Shown here piece after piece: positions 1 to 11,635 of a DNA stretch of 24,549 nt. A program made the translations under genes and the position numbers. The notes under the pieces are model-generated. The model was not told the origin of the DNA, ran no database searches, and saw nothing but the letters and a program-made list of their open reading frames with translations. This DNA comes from a virus (Duplodnaviria; Caudoviricetes), in IMG/VR virus record IMGVR_UViG_3300037498_000015, positions 1 through 24,549 of that record. One strand, 5' to 3'. The first letter of the stretch is position 1. Each line of letters starts with the position of its first letter.

Positions 1-2
1 TC

Positions 3-155
3 GCAGTTTTAGAGATTCATCACGGCAATAGAATCCATGCAGCACGTCAATTAAAAATGAACATAAGGACTTTGAGAACAAGACTGCAAGCGATTGAAGC
101 CCTCGGCTATGAAGTGCCACAATCCAAAAACGGAAGACCACGGAAAGAAGTCTAG
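3..155 (+). CDS. Partial (5'-truncated) Fis-type helix-turn-helix DNA-binding protein with C-terminal GRPRK AT-hook-like motif
   Basis: Manual translation of frame 3 gives AVLEIHHGNRIHAARQLKMNIRTLRTRLQAIEALGYEVPQSKNGRPRKEV*. GNRxxAAxxLxxxxRTLxxRL matches the Fis/HTH_8 pattern. Not in the ORF track. Confidence 0.75.
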   Translation, partial: AVLEIHHGNRIHAARQLKMNIRTLRTRLQAIEALGYEVPQSKNGRPRKEV

Positions 156-511
156 GAGTACAAGTTACAGTTTCCGAGGTACTTCGCTCCGAACGCCCTG
201 ACCGTCCAATAGTTCCTGTATGCTTGCAGTTTGTACCACCAAGAGAGTCGTCCGCCTCGTTTTTCACTCGCTTCTATCATCCGTGCTAAAAAGATAGTAT
301 CAGCTCTTTTCCTGTCTCTCTCGCTTAATTTGTAGTGGTAAAAAACGTCATGCATATTGGCGGATTCTGCAAAAATATGACTCGAAGGAAGTGAGTTGAG
401 AAACTTTGTAAACTCCCCGTTACCGGCAGGACCTACTCCGTTACGTTGAAAAACGCAATCGCAGATAGGACAACGCCCGTTATTAAAAGCGAGGATATCG
501 TTTACCTTCAT
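152..511 (-). CDS. DUF1353 / phospholipase A2-like phage protein
   Basis: Motif series NGVGP...ANMHDVFY...RKRADTIF...YWTVRAFG resembles the HD-x-x-Y / R-x-x-AD-x-x-F / VR-x-FG pattern of this family. N-terminal CPICDC. ATGA overlap with the upstream gene. Confidence 0.6.
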   Translation of the reverse strand: MKVNDILAFNNGRCPICDCVFQRNGVGPAGNGEFTKFLNSLPSSHIFAESANMHDVFYHYKLSERDRKRADTIFLARMIEASEKRGGRLSWWYKLQAYRNYWTVRAFGAKYLGNCNLYS

Positions 512-702
512 ATCCTCTCTATCCTATCACTAAGCACCGCTACAGTTTTATCTAAAGCTGCAATCGCTTTAGATAGGGCTGTAATCTGATCTGTGAGCTT
601 ATCAATCTTCTGATATACAGAGGATGCCCAGCTATATATTCCGCCCATAGCCGTCAACGTTAATCCCGTAAAGCCTATTATCTCAGTAGATGATAGATTC
701 AT
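508..702 (-). CDS. Small membrane protein, one TM helix plus coiled coil (holin/XhlA-like candidate), 64 aa
   Basis: ATG at 702 is preceded by GGAG, so it is preferred over the 768 start. Hydrophobic IIGFTGLTLTAMGGIYSWA is followed by heptad-like IDKLTDQITALSKAIAALDKTVAVL. Lies after the tail genes. Confidence 0.55.
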   Translation of the reverse strand: MNLSSTEIIGFTGLTLTAMGGIYSWASSVYQKIDKLTDQITALSKAIAALDKTVAVLSDRIERI

Positions 703-713
703 TTTGATACTCC

Positions 714-749
714 AAATAAAAACCAGAGAACTAGCTATAGTCATCTGGT
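714..749 (-). terminator. Intrinsic terminator-like hairpin directly upstream of the RBS of the 508..702 gene
   Basis: Minus strand ACCAGA-T-GACTA-TAGC-TAGTT-C-TCTGGT followed by TTTTATTT. Confidence 0.6.
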
Positions 750-785
750 CAGGTATAAAAACACACATGGAGGTATTGCTCTGTA

Positions 786-794
786 ATTATACCA
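786..794 (-). promoter_or_regulatory. Extended -10 promoter candidate (TGnTATAAT)
   Basis: Minus strand TGGTATAAT in the intergenic gap. No convincing -35. Confidence 0.45.
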
Positions 795-823
795 TCTATT
801 GATATTCGGGCGTGATTTTTTTA

Positions 824-1744
824 TTAAAGAGGTGCGAGATTACCGTTATTATTATTTAAACTTCCCAATTTTATAATTGCTTCAATGATACAGTTTTTTT
901 CTAGTTCGTCGAAGTCCATAGCGTTTTTATTTTTCTCGATATGACCGCCAAAGCGATTGCTTTGATAAGAGCGAGGATAGCCCTTTCTCTGAAAAGTTTC
1001 ATAGTCAAGATTCTCATCGTAGCCAACATTCGTCGAGTACGTAGCACCAAGCAATAGGACGCCCTTTTTCCAGAAAGATACTCCGATATGAGATAGAACG
1101 CTGTCGATTGAAACGACTGAATGACAGGCACTAGCCACGGCAAAAAGCTGTCGCAGTGAGAAGGATTGCTGCCAGCAGTTAGGATGATTGATAGGTATAT
1201 GCGAGAGGTTAATAAAAACTGAGTTTTTGCACTCTGTCAGAATTTCCTTATTTAACTCATCTGTGATCGATCTAAAGCTTGGGTCGGATATAACTCCATC
1301 GACTGACAAAGAAGCGCCAGAGCCGAACGGCTGATATGCTACAACCGACCTTTTTCCGCTTGCTGCCATTACCTTTGAAACAACGTCAAGTCCGAAGCTC
1401 TTTTCTTCTGGAGTGAGGAAAATTTCTGGATACGTTTTTTTAGTATGACCATTGATCAGAAAGTTGAAAGATTGAATTAAATGGTGTTCTTGATTGTAAT
1501 ACGTCCACTCATGATAGGGCTCTGGATAAGAAAAACGACCATGTTTTATAACGTCATCAAATACATAAGGGATCGATCCATCCTTATATAGCTTCAAAAC
1601 ATACGGGCTATTCTCAAAAACTTCTGGCCACGAAGTAATGATCACAATCTCATCATGAGGATCTGACTCCGATAGTTTTCGGATCGCTCCCGTTGCACAA
1701 ATAACTCGACCTATTCCACCATCTATTTTTAAAATTCTTCGCAT
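824..1744 (-). CDS. GT-B fold glycosyltransferase, GT9 (ADP-heptose:LPS heptosyltransferase)-like
   Basis: N-terminal IDGGIGRVICATGAIRKL...IVIITSWPEVFENSPYV and C-terminal SLRQLFAV...VVSIDSVLSHIGVSFWKKGVLLLGAT match the GT9 DS-x-x-x-H-x-A...G-x-T pattern. Confidence 0.75.
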   Translation of the reverse strand: MRRILKIDGGIGRVICATGAIRKLSESDPHDEIVIITSWPEVFENSPYVLKLYKDGSIPYVFDDVIKHGRFSYPEPYHEWTYYNQEHHLIQSFNFLINGHTKKTYPEIFLTPEEKSFGLDVVSKVMAASGKRSVVAYQPFGSGASLSVDGVISDPSFRSITDELNKEILTECKNSVFINLSHIPINHPNCWQQSFSLRQLFAVASACHSVVSIDSVLSHIGVSFWKKGVLLLGATYSTNVGYDENLDYETFQRKGYPRSYQSNRFGGHIEKNKNAMDFDELEKNCIIEAIIKLGSLNNNNGNLAPL

Positions 1745-1747
1745 TTA

Positions 1748-2860
1748 TTATCCTGTAACAGGGTTGTATACACTTGGAACATTATCAACCGTGCAAGCAG
1801 TTCCGCAAGCGCCCACACCTTCGCAAGCTGTTCCCCAAAGAATACCAGTATTATCATCTTTTATAGCCGCGACTAAAGTATTTGTAACACTAATATCTTT
1901 ATATTTGTAATTGCAGCAAACGGCTACAGGAACACAAAAATTTGATACGGCGTCATTGTTTCCTAAAACTCCACCCGATCCATTCCCCCACGCTACTGCC
2001 GTGCCATCATCTCTTATGCCAACGGCAAAATATAACCCGGAATTGACCTCTCGATAAGTGTAATTGCAACAAACTGCTACCGGCTGCGACTTGTCGTCTG
2101 TCGATCCATCGCCGAGTTGACCGCAATCCGAAGCACCCCAGCTCACCAGCATTCCATCGGTTTTGATTCCAAAGCCTGCTATTAGTCCTCTACTCACTTT
2201 TTTATAAGTGTAATTGCAGCACACCGCTACAGGCTGGCATCGATTCGATGTTCCTCCATTCCCTAATAGTCCATTTGTTCCATAGCCCCAAGATACGGCT
2301 GTGCAATCTGTTTTGACCGCCAAAAAACCACATGAGTCCCCACTTACATCTCGATAACTATAGTTGCAGCAAACTGCTACGGGCTGGCACTTATTTACTG
2401 TCGATCCATCGCCTAGAGCACCTCCCTCAGCAAGTCCCCACGCTACGGCTGTGCCATCTGTTTTGATTCCTACCGTTTGGCTGTCAGTGCCAGCAATTTT
2501 GCAGTAAGTATAGTTACAGCAAACTGCTACGGGCTGGCACTTATTTACTGTCGATCCATCGCCGAGTTGACCAAAATCATTTAGACCCCATGATACTGCC
2601 GTACCATCTTCTTTGATTGCAGCTGAGCTTTTCCATCCTGAAATAACGCTTGTATATTTATAATTGCAACAAACTCTAACCCAGCAACATCGACTTGTAG
2701 TAGTACCGTCACCGAGTTGACCATATGTATTTACGCCCACTGCCCACGCATAACCGCAGTCGTCCAGAGCGATAGCGTGATTAGATTCATTGGCGATGCA
2801 AATAAAACGAAGTCCACTCGGACCGCATAAGGTGCTTAAATTTAGTTGAGTACCTAACAT
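1748..2860 (-). CDS. Cys-rich RCC1-repeat beta-propeller protein (putative receptor-binding/virion accessory protein), copy 2
   Basis: About seven ~50-aa repeats (IKxDGTAVxWGxNxxGQLGDG...PVAV), six VCCNY motifs, 28 Cys in 370 aa by manual count. RBS AGGAG. Confidence 0.85.
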   Translation of the reverse strand: MLGTQLNLSTLCGPSGLRFICIANESNHAIALDDCGYAWAVGVNTYGQLGDGTTTSRCCWVRVCCNYKYTSVISGWKSSAAIKEDGTAVSWGLNDFGQLGDGSTVNKCQPVAVCCNYTYCKIAGTDSQTVGIKTDGTAVAWGLAEGGALGDGSTVNKCQPVAVCCNYSYRDVSGDSCGFLAVKTDCTAVSWGYGTNGLLGNGGTSNRCQPVAVCCNYTYKKVSRGLIAGFGIKTDGMLVSWGASDCGQLGDGSTDDKSQPVAVCCNYTYREVNSGLYFAVGIRDDGTAVAWGNGSGGVLGNNDAVSNFCVPVAVCCNYKYKDISVTNTLVAAIKDDNTGILWGTACEGVGACGTACTVDNVPSVYNPVTG

Positions 2861-2913
2861 TTTGTTCTCCTAAACGGGCTGACTACTAACCGAAGTAGCA
2901 CCATTTCCTAAAG

Positions 2914-4020
2914 CTACGCAGGATAGATTATTTCAGTTGGAACACAATAGTTCGTGGTGTTACCAATTCCTAATTGACCAAAATTATTGCAACCCCACGC
3001 AAAAAATTTACCATCACTTGTTTCAGCTATGCTGCCATCTCCCGATGATACATCGACGAAAGTACAAGAAGAACATACAAGAGCGGGAATACAATGTTCA
3101 TTCGTTGTGCCATCACCTAATTGACCCTCATAATTTTTCCCCCATGAGACTAAACTACCATCATTTTTGATACCAAAAGAAGAATCTTGACCTGCATTTA
3201 TTTCACAATATGAATAATTACAGCAAATAGGAGTAGGAACATATTTTTCATCTCTTGTACCGTTGCCTAATTTCCCTAAGAAATTATCACCCCAGCCCAC
3301 GGCACAACCATCAGTTTTAATGGCTAATATATATCCGCCTCCTCTTGATATTCTGCTATAAGTATAATTGCAGCAAACGGCTACGGGACGGCATTTATTA
3401 ATAGTAGTGCCATCACCCAAGCGCCCATTGTTATTTTCACCCCACGATACTAAACACCCATCGGTTTTGATTCCTGTCATTGAATCACCACAACTTTTAA
3501 TATCGCAATACGTATAATTGCAGCATACAGCCACGGGTTGTGATCTACTGATTGACGTACCATCGCCCAATTGCCCAGCACCATTATATCCCCATGAGAC
3601 TAAACACCCATTTGTTTTTAAACCCACGGCTTGTGACTCTGAAATAGAAACTTTGCAATAGGTATAATTACAGCAAACTGGTGTAGGAAAGCACTTATCA
3701 CCGCCCCCATCAGTACCTAGAACGCCCTGATCATTTGATCCCCAAGATACGGCTGTACAATCTGTTTTAATTGCTAACACTGATCTTTGAGAAACTGAAA
3801 CATCTCGATACGTATAATTACAGCATACTCTCACCCAACAACATCTATTTATAGTAGTACCATCACCTAATAATCCCGATGTATTTGAACCTACGGACCA
3901 TGCTTTTCCGTCAGAGTCAATGCCTACTGCCGAACATCTACCAGAAACTATTTTTACAAAAATAGTGCCTGCTGGTGGAGGTGGTAAAAGTTTTCCCCAT
4001 CGAAAAAGTCTATTTGGCAT
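2914..4020 (-). CDS. Cys-rich RCC1-repeat beta-propeller protein, copy 1
   Basis: About seven RCC1 repeats (WGxNxxGQLGDG), five CCNY motifs, 28 Cys in 368 aa by manual count. N-terminal PPPP. RBS GGAG. Confidence 0.85.
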   Translation of the reverse strand: MPNRLFRWGKLLPPPPAGTIFVKIVSGRCSAVGIDSDGKAWSVGSNTSGLLGDGTTINRCCWVRVCCNYTYRDVSVSQRSVLAIKTDCTAVSWGSNDQGVLGTDGGGDKCFPTPVCCNYTYCKVSISESQAVGLKTNGCLVSWGYNGAGQLGDGTSISRSQPVAVCCNYTYCDIKSCGDSMTGIKTDGCLVSWGENNNGRLGDGTTINKCRPVAVCCNYTYSRISRGGGYILAIKTDGCAVGWGDNFLGKLGNGTRDEKYVPTPICCNYSYCEINAGQDSSFGIKNDGSLVSWGKNYEGQLGDGTTNEHCIPALVCSSCTFVDVSSGDGSIAETSDGKFFAWGCNNFGQLGIGNTTNYCVPTEIIYPA

Positions 4021-4033
4021 TTTAAAATACTCC

Positions 4034-7959
<3,926 letters not shown>

Positions 7960-7968
7960 GAGCACTCC

Positions 7969-8658
7969 TTAAATTACTTCCCAGTTTGTCCCGTTGGATA
8001 TAAATCTTTTTGCAATATATTGATTGAAATAAATTGCAGCACTACCGTCTATTGTCGTCCCACCAGTTACTCTGACACCTAACTGAGATATAAAAGTGTT
8101 GCCGGAAAGCTTAACTATTACTTCTCTACCTTTATTTAAAGCACTTGGTGCCGGTAAATTAACAAAGTGATTTTCCGCAGTAGGGTTGTCAGTCCAGCGA
8201 ATATACCAGTCGGAATTTACTACGGTGTAATCTAATGAGGTTGCTATTACCGTTACTTTTTTTGAATAAAAGTTTAGCCATTTTGTACCGTCTGTTAGTG
8301 CTTGATTTAAATTATCGTCAACAAGAGACATATATATTCCGCCAACATCATCAGTCACAAATGAACCGATGTAGTAGGTCGTTGCTGCATTCCAGTAGGA
8401 TATACCATTTTGCATTATGTACGCTAATTGCTTTGTAATGGCGTAAAATACAGCGTTAAAATCTTGCATAGGTGGTGCGTAGTTATTTACTACAGCCGAA
8501 GCCCAGCCTTCTCCCCAAGCATCCAAAGCTTGAATCGTATCTAGATCACTCGAATAGTTTGGCGTTGCGTTCTTGAATGAGCCGAATTGTGCGACCACGT
8601 TAGAAACTGGCACACTTCCTGCAAAAACTTTTTGATTTTTTCTTACTATCTTAGCCAT
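7969..8658 (-). CDS. Tail fibre base / baseplate-anchored fibre protein, paralog 2
   Basis: Lies after the DUF2612-like gene. PPMQDFNAVFY...QLAYIMQNGISYWNAATTYYIGSFV is typical of myophage fibre N-termini. Confidence 0.7.
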   Translation of the reverse strand: MAKIVRKNQKVFAGSVPVSNVVAQFGSFKNATPNYSSDLDTIQALDAWGEGWASAVVNNYAPPMQDFNAVFYAITKQLAYIMQNGISYWNAATTYYIGSFVTDDVGGIYMSLVDDNLNQALTDGTKWLNFYSKKVTVIATSLDYTVVNSDWYIRWTDNPTAENHFVNLPAPSALNKGREVIVKLSGNTFISQLGVRVTGGTTIDGSAAIYFNQYIAKRFISNGTNWEVI

Positions 8659-8673
8659 TTAAATTATCCTCTT

Positions 8674-9363
8674 TTAAATTATTTCCCAATTTGTGCCAGT
8701 GCAAATAAAACGCTTTGTTGTGTATTGTGTCGTAATTTCAGCCGAAGCCGATCCATCAATTGTAGAGTCATCATTGACTTGAATTAGTATCCTACCCGAG
8801 GCCGTTGGATATAAGTTTTTTACTATTATAATCCTGCCCTTCATCGCTGTAGTTGGCGTGGGTATGATTAAAAGCAGAGTTGTAGAACCTCCGCCTGCGG
8901 TTCCATCCATTTCAATTATGTAATCATCATAAGAGGCCGAAGCTAAATTAAAGGTATAAAGACTAATCTTATTTGTCTTGTATATCATCCAATGACTGCC
9001 GTTCGATACTGCATTGCCAAGATTATCGTCGCTAACAGACATAAACAGAGCACCACTCACTGAAACGATTGAACCTATATAATAAGTAGTTTCTGCATTG
9101 TATTCTGGTATTCCTGCTTGAAACAAATAAGCAAGCTGCCTGGTAAAAAGATAGATAAGTCCATCCATATCTTCGATTGCAGGAGGTGCGTTATTTACGA
9201 GAGCCGATGATAGACCAGCTCCAAACGCTGCGAGAGCTTGCAAAGTATCAGGGTCATTTGAATACGCTGGCGAGCCTGCTGCGAAACTCCCAAACTGACC
9301 AAGCTTGTTTGCTGGTGTTACATCTGCAAAAATCTTTTGATTTTTTCTTTCTATCTTAGCCAT
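8674..9363 (-). CDS. Tail fibre base / baseplate-anchored fibre protein, paralog 1
   Basis: PPAIEDMDGLIY...QLAYLFQAGIPEYNAETTYYIGSIV. Aligns end to end with 7969..8658. Confidence 0.7.
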   Translation of the reverse strand: MAKIERKNQKIFADVTPANKLGQFGSFAAGSPAYSNDPDTLQALAAFGAGLSSALVNNAPPAIEDMDGLIYLFTRQLAYLFQAGIPEYNAETTYYIGSIVSVSGALFMSVSDDNLGNAVSNGSHWMIYKTNKISLYTFNLASASYDDYIIEMDGTAGGGSTTLLLIIPTPTTAMKGRIIIVKNLYPTASGRILIQVNDDSTIDGSASAEITTQYTTKRFICTGTNWEII

Positions 9364-9367
9364 ATTA

Positions 9368-10114
9368 TTAAGCCACCCTATCTTGATATTCTAGCAGATA
9401 ACTATCTGCCCATCCTGTTAAGTAACTGCTAAAACCAACCGTTTTTCCACTCTCGGAAGTGTATGAAGTAAAGCCCCAAATCGACGCTATAGAATCGACC
9501 GCAATTAAACTTGTTATCTGCACGGCCATTGGCTTCGGTAATAAATTCTCATTTTTTGCTATCGTCATTATACGGGAAAGCTCTGAGGTAATAAAGTAGC
9601 AGATCGTCATATCAAACTGATCAGAGCAATAAATCGACTCGCCAAAGAAACCAGAGAGAAGTGTATTTATATCATAGAGACTATTTTGCGAGCTATTTAA
9701 CGCTGCTTTCAATTTTAAAAGTATCCTATATTCTGAGTCTTCTAGTCGGTTGTTTGCTCCTGCGTAAAATACATAGAGGTACATTGATACGTCAGCATTT
9801 AGAACCGGATCAAGATAACTCGTAAAGCCAAACGCCCCTGCCGTCAAGGGTGTCTCATAATCGTCGAGTGTGAAGTAATCTCTTGGGATGATTGATTGAA
9901 CCATCCTATCAAGGCCAATATACTCGCCCAATATATCTAACTGAGCACCCGTGGCGGTGTCTATATCGAAGGATTCAACTAGATCGTTAGGAAGTAGATC
10001 CACTAGGGTTTGCGATACCAATAGATCAATCGTCGCTCTCGCTCGTGGTTGATTGATATATTGATAGAGAAGCAAGTCCTTGTAGTGCTCTTTTGCAGTT
10101 TCTAAGTCAGTCAT
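9368..10114 (-). CDS. DUF2612-like baseplate wedge protein
   Basis: LLLYQYINQPRA, FDIDTATGAQLDILGEYIG and LLPKPMAV motifs. Follows baseplate J. Confidence 0.8.
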   Translation of the reverse strand: MTDLETAKEHYKDLLLYQYINQPRARATIDLLVSQTLVDLLPNDLVESFDIDTATGAQLDILGEYIGLDRMVQSIIPRDYFTLDDYETPLTAGAFGFTSYLDPVLNADVSMYLYVFYAGANNRLEDSEYRILLKLKAALNSSQNSLYDINTLLSGFFGESIYCSDQFDMTICYFITSELSRIMTIAKNENLLPKPMAVQITSLIAVDSIASIWGFTSYTSESGKTVGFSSYLTGWADSYLLEYQDRVA

Positions 10115-10115
10115 T

Positions 10116-11291
10116 CTATACCACCGTAATTGCTATTCGTGTCGTTGATATCGTCCAAATACCGTCAATCGAAGGCGTTGCCAAGTATGGAACATAGGTC
10201 ATTCCATCATCGCCTACCCCACCATCAATAATAACCGCGAGAGGATCTGCAATTTTTACAAGTGAAGCAATAGCAGAATAGTCAGCCTTTTCATTGATCC
10301 CGTAACTGATCAATTCATAGATTTGATCTTTTAAATAATCGTCGTCGATCGTATGGGCGCTATTTATACTAGTGATAGTTAGTTCAATATATAAATTTTC
10401 GTAACTAGGTCGATCAAATTTAATAGGAAGATTGAAACCATTTCCTTGATCTATATCGACCGCGAAAGATCCAAATAGCCCACAACCAGCATTTCTTTTC
10501 TTGTAAATAATATCCGCTATCTCATCAGTGTCACCGCCTTCTATTACTACCCAAATCGAATGGGGGTTGATGCCGTTCATATCAACCATGCTGGTGTTGT
10601 TCTCATATACTTCGCATTTAGTTACGTTGGTAAGAGAGAGTAGAGCTCCCTTTAAACCCTCTAAATAACCTTGAGAGGATAGAGATACCGAGACCGCACG
10701 TCGATATCTCAAAGCTGCGTCTGTTTCTTCATCCACGCCTTGAGTTGTAGGACTAGAGGCGTTCGTTGCCGATGTTATGCCTGCAATGAGAGTATCAACT
10801 TGCGTGATTGTTCCAATGGGGGCTTGTATAGCTCCCAAAGTCTCCGCTTCGAACATCAGAAGATTTGAACCTATCGTCAAAGTAGAATCCGCAGAAAGAA
10901 GGAATCGATTCCCTGCCGCGTCCTTCACTGCAAATGGTGTTCCTGTGTTAGATGCTACTCCGACAAGAGTTAAAACCCTGTCAGTTACTACGGTCATCTG
11001 CACCGTGGTTTTAGTCGCTCCCTTTCTGATCACACCATTGATCGCACATCTTTGATCTAGAGCTCTACCGATTGCACTCGTAGGCGAGAAGGAGCCATAC
11101 ACCTGAGCTATGCAATCAAGGATATCAATCTTAGCTTGAGCAAATAGATTGATCATTTGACCATCAGGACTATTAGCATCCACGTTTATATCTGTCCCGT
11201 AAATGGTTTTAAATCCTGTCTCAAGCTCCGTAATTATTTCGGTCAGTGTTTGAGTCGTAAGACCGTTTTCATCGACGTAGTTACTTGTCAT
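10116..11291 (-). CDS. Baseplate J/gp47-family wedge protein
   Basis: SPDGQMI, AIGRALD and GVDEETDAALRYRR motifs. Size and synteny fit. Confidence 0.88.
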   Translation of the reverse strand: MTSNYVDENGLTTQTLTEIITELETGFKTIYGTDINVDANSPDGQMINLFAQAKIDILDCIAQVYGSFSPTSAIGRALDQRCAINGVIRKGATKTTVQMTVVTDRVLTLVGVASNTGTPFAVKDAAGNRFLLSADSTLTIGSNLLMFEAETLGAIQAPIGTITQVDTLIAGITSATNASSPTTQGVDEETDAALRYRRAVSVSLSSQGYLEGLKGALLSLTNVTKCEVYENNTSMVDMNGINPHSIWVVIEGGDTDEIADIIYKKRNAGCGLFGSFAVDIDQGNGFNLPIKFDRPSYENLYIELTITSINSAHTIDDDYLKDQIYELISYGINEKADYSAIASLVKIADPLAVIIDGGVGDDGMTYVPYLATPSIDGIWTISTTRIAITVV

Positions 11292-11635
11292 ATTTCCACG
11301 ACTCCTATTAAGTTGATATTGTATATTGTACTTATTGCGTACTTGATTGTTAACTCTCTATTTTCAGAAAAATTATATTCTAGTTCATTGACCTTTAAAA
11401 CGCCTGATATGCTAGATATTTCAGTCTTTGCAGCTAAAACGATAACGTCCTTATTTTTCGTGTCGATCAAGTCGAACCAAGGAAGACCTATCAGGGTATT
11501 AAAAAAGCACTCGCTCAAAAAAGTCTTAAGTCGCGTTGCAATATTTAGAGCAATCGCTTGATCGTCTTTGGCATAATTTTGTTTGCCAGCTCCAAAGGTC
11601 CAGTCGCCATCAGTTGTCAAGTTTCTAAAAATCAT
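11288..11635 (-). CDS. Baseplate wedge / sheath initiator (gp25-like)
   Basis: RNLTTDGDWTFG...IATRLKTFLSECFFNTLIGLPW. Lies between spike and baseplate J. Confidence 0.75.
   Translation of the reverse strand: MIFRNLTTDGDWTFGAGKQNYAKDDQAIALNIATRLKTFLSECFFNTLIGLPWFDLIDTKNKDVIVLAAKTEISSISGVLKVNELEYNFSENRELTIKYAISTIYNINLIGVVEI

Noticed and set aside
703-768. N-terminal extension of the 86-aa ORF from ATG 768
   Set aside because: It has no RBS and spans a terminator-like hairpin. ATG 702 has a GGAG RBS.
1900-3830. CRISPR array suggested by ~150-bp periodic taattgcagca-like repeats
   Set aside because: The repeats are degenerate, lie in open reading frames and encode the CCNY motif. The spacing equals one RCC1 blade.
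1748-4020. Diversity-generating retroelement TR/VR pair
   Set aside because: The repeats are short in-frame blade duplications, no adenine-specific mismatch pattern is evident, and there is no reverse transcriptase in the window.
7969-9363. Invertible tail fibre cassette
   Set aside because: The paralogs are in direct orientation, each is complete, and no invertase or inverted crossover sites are seen.
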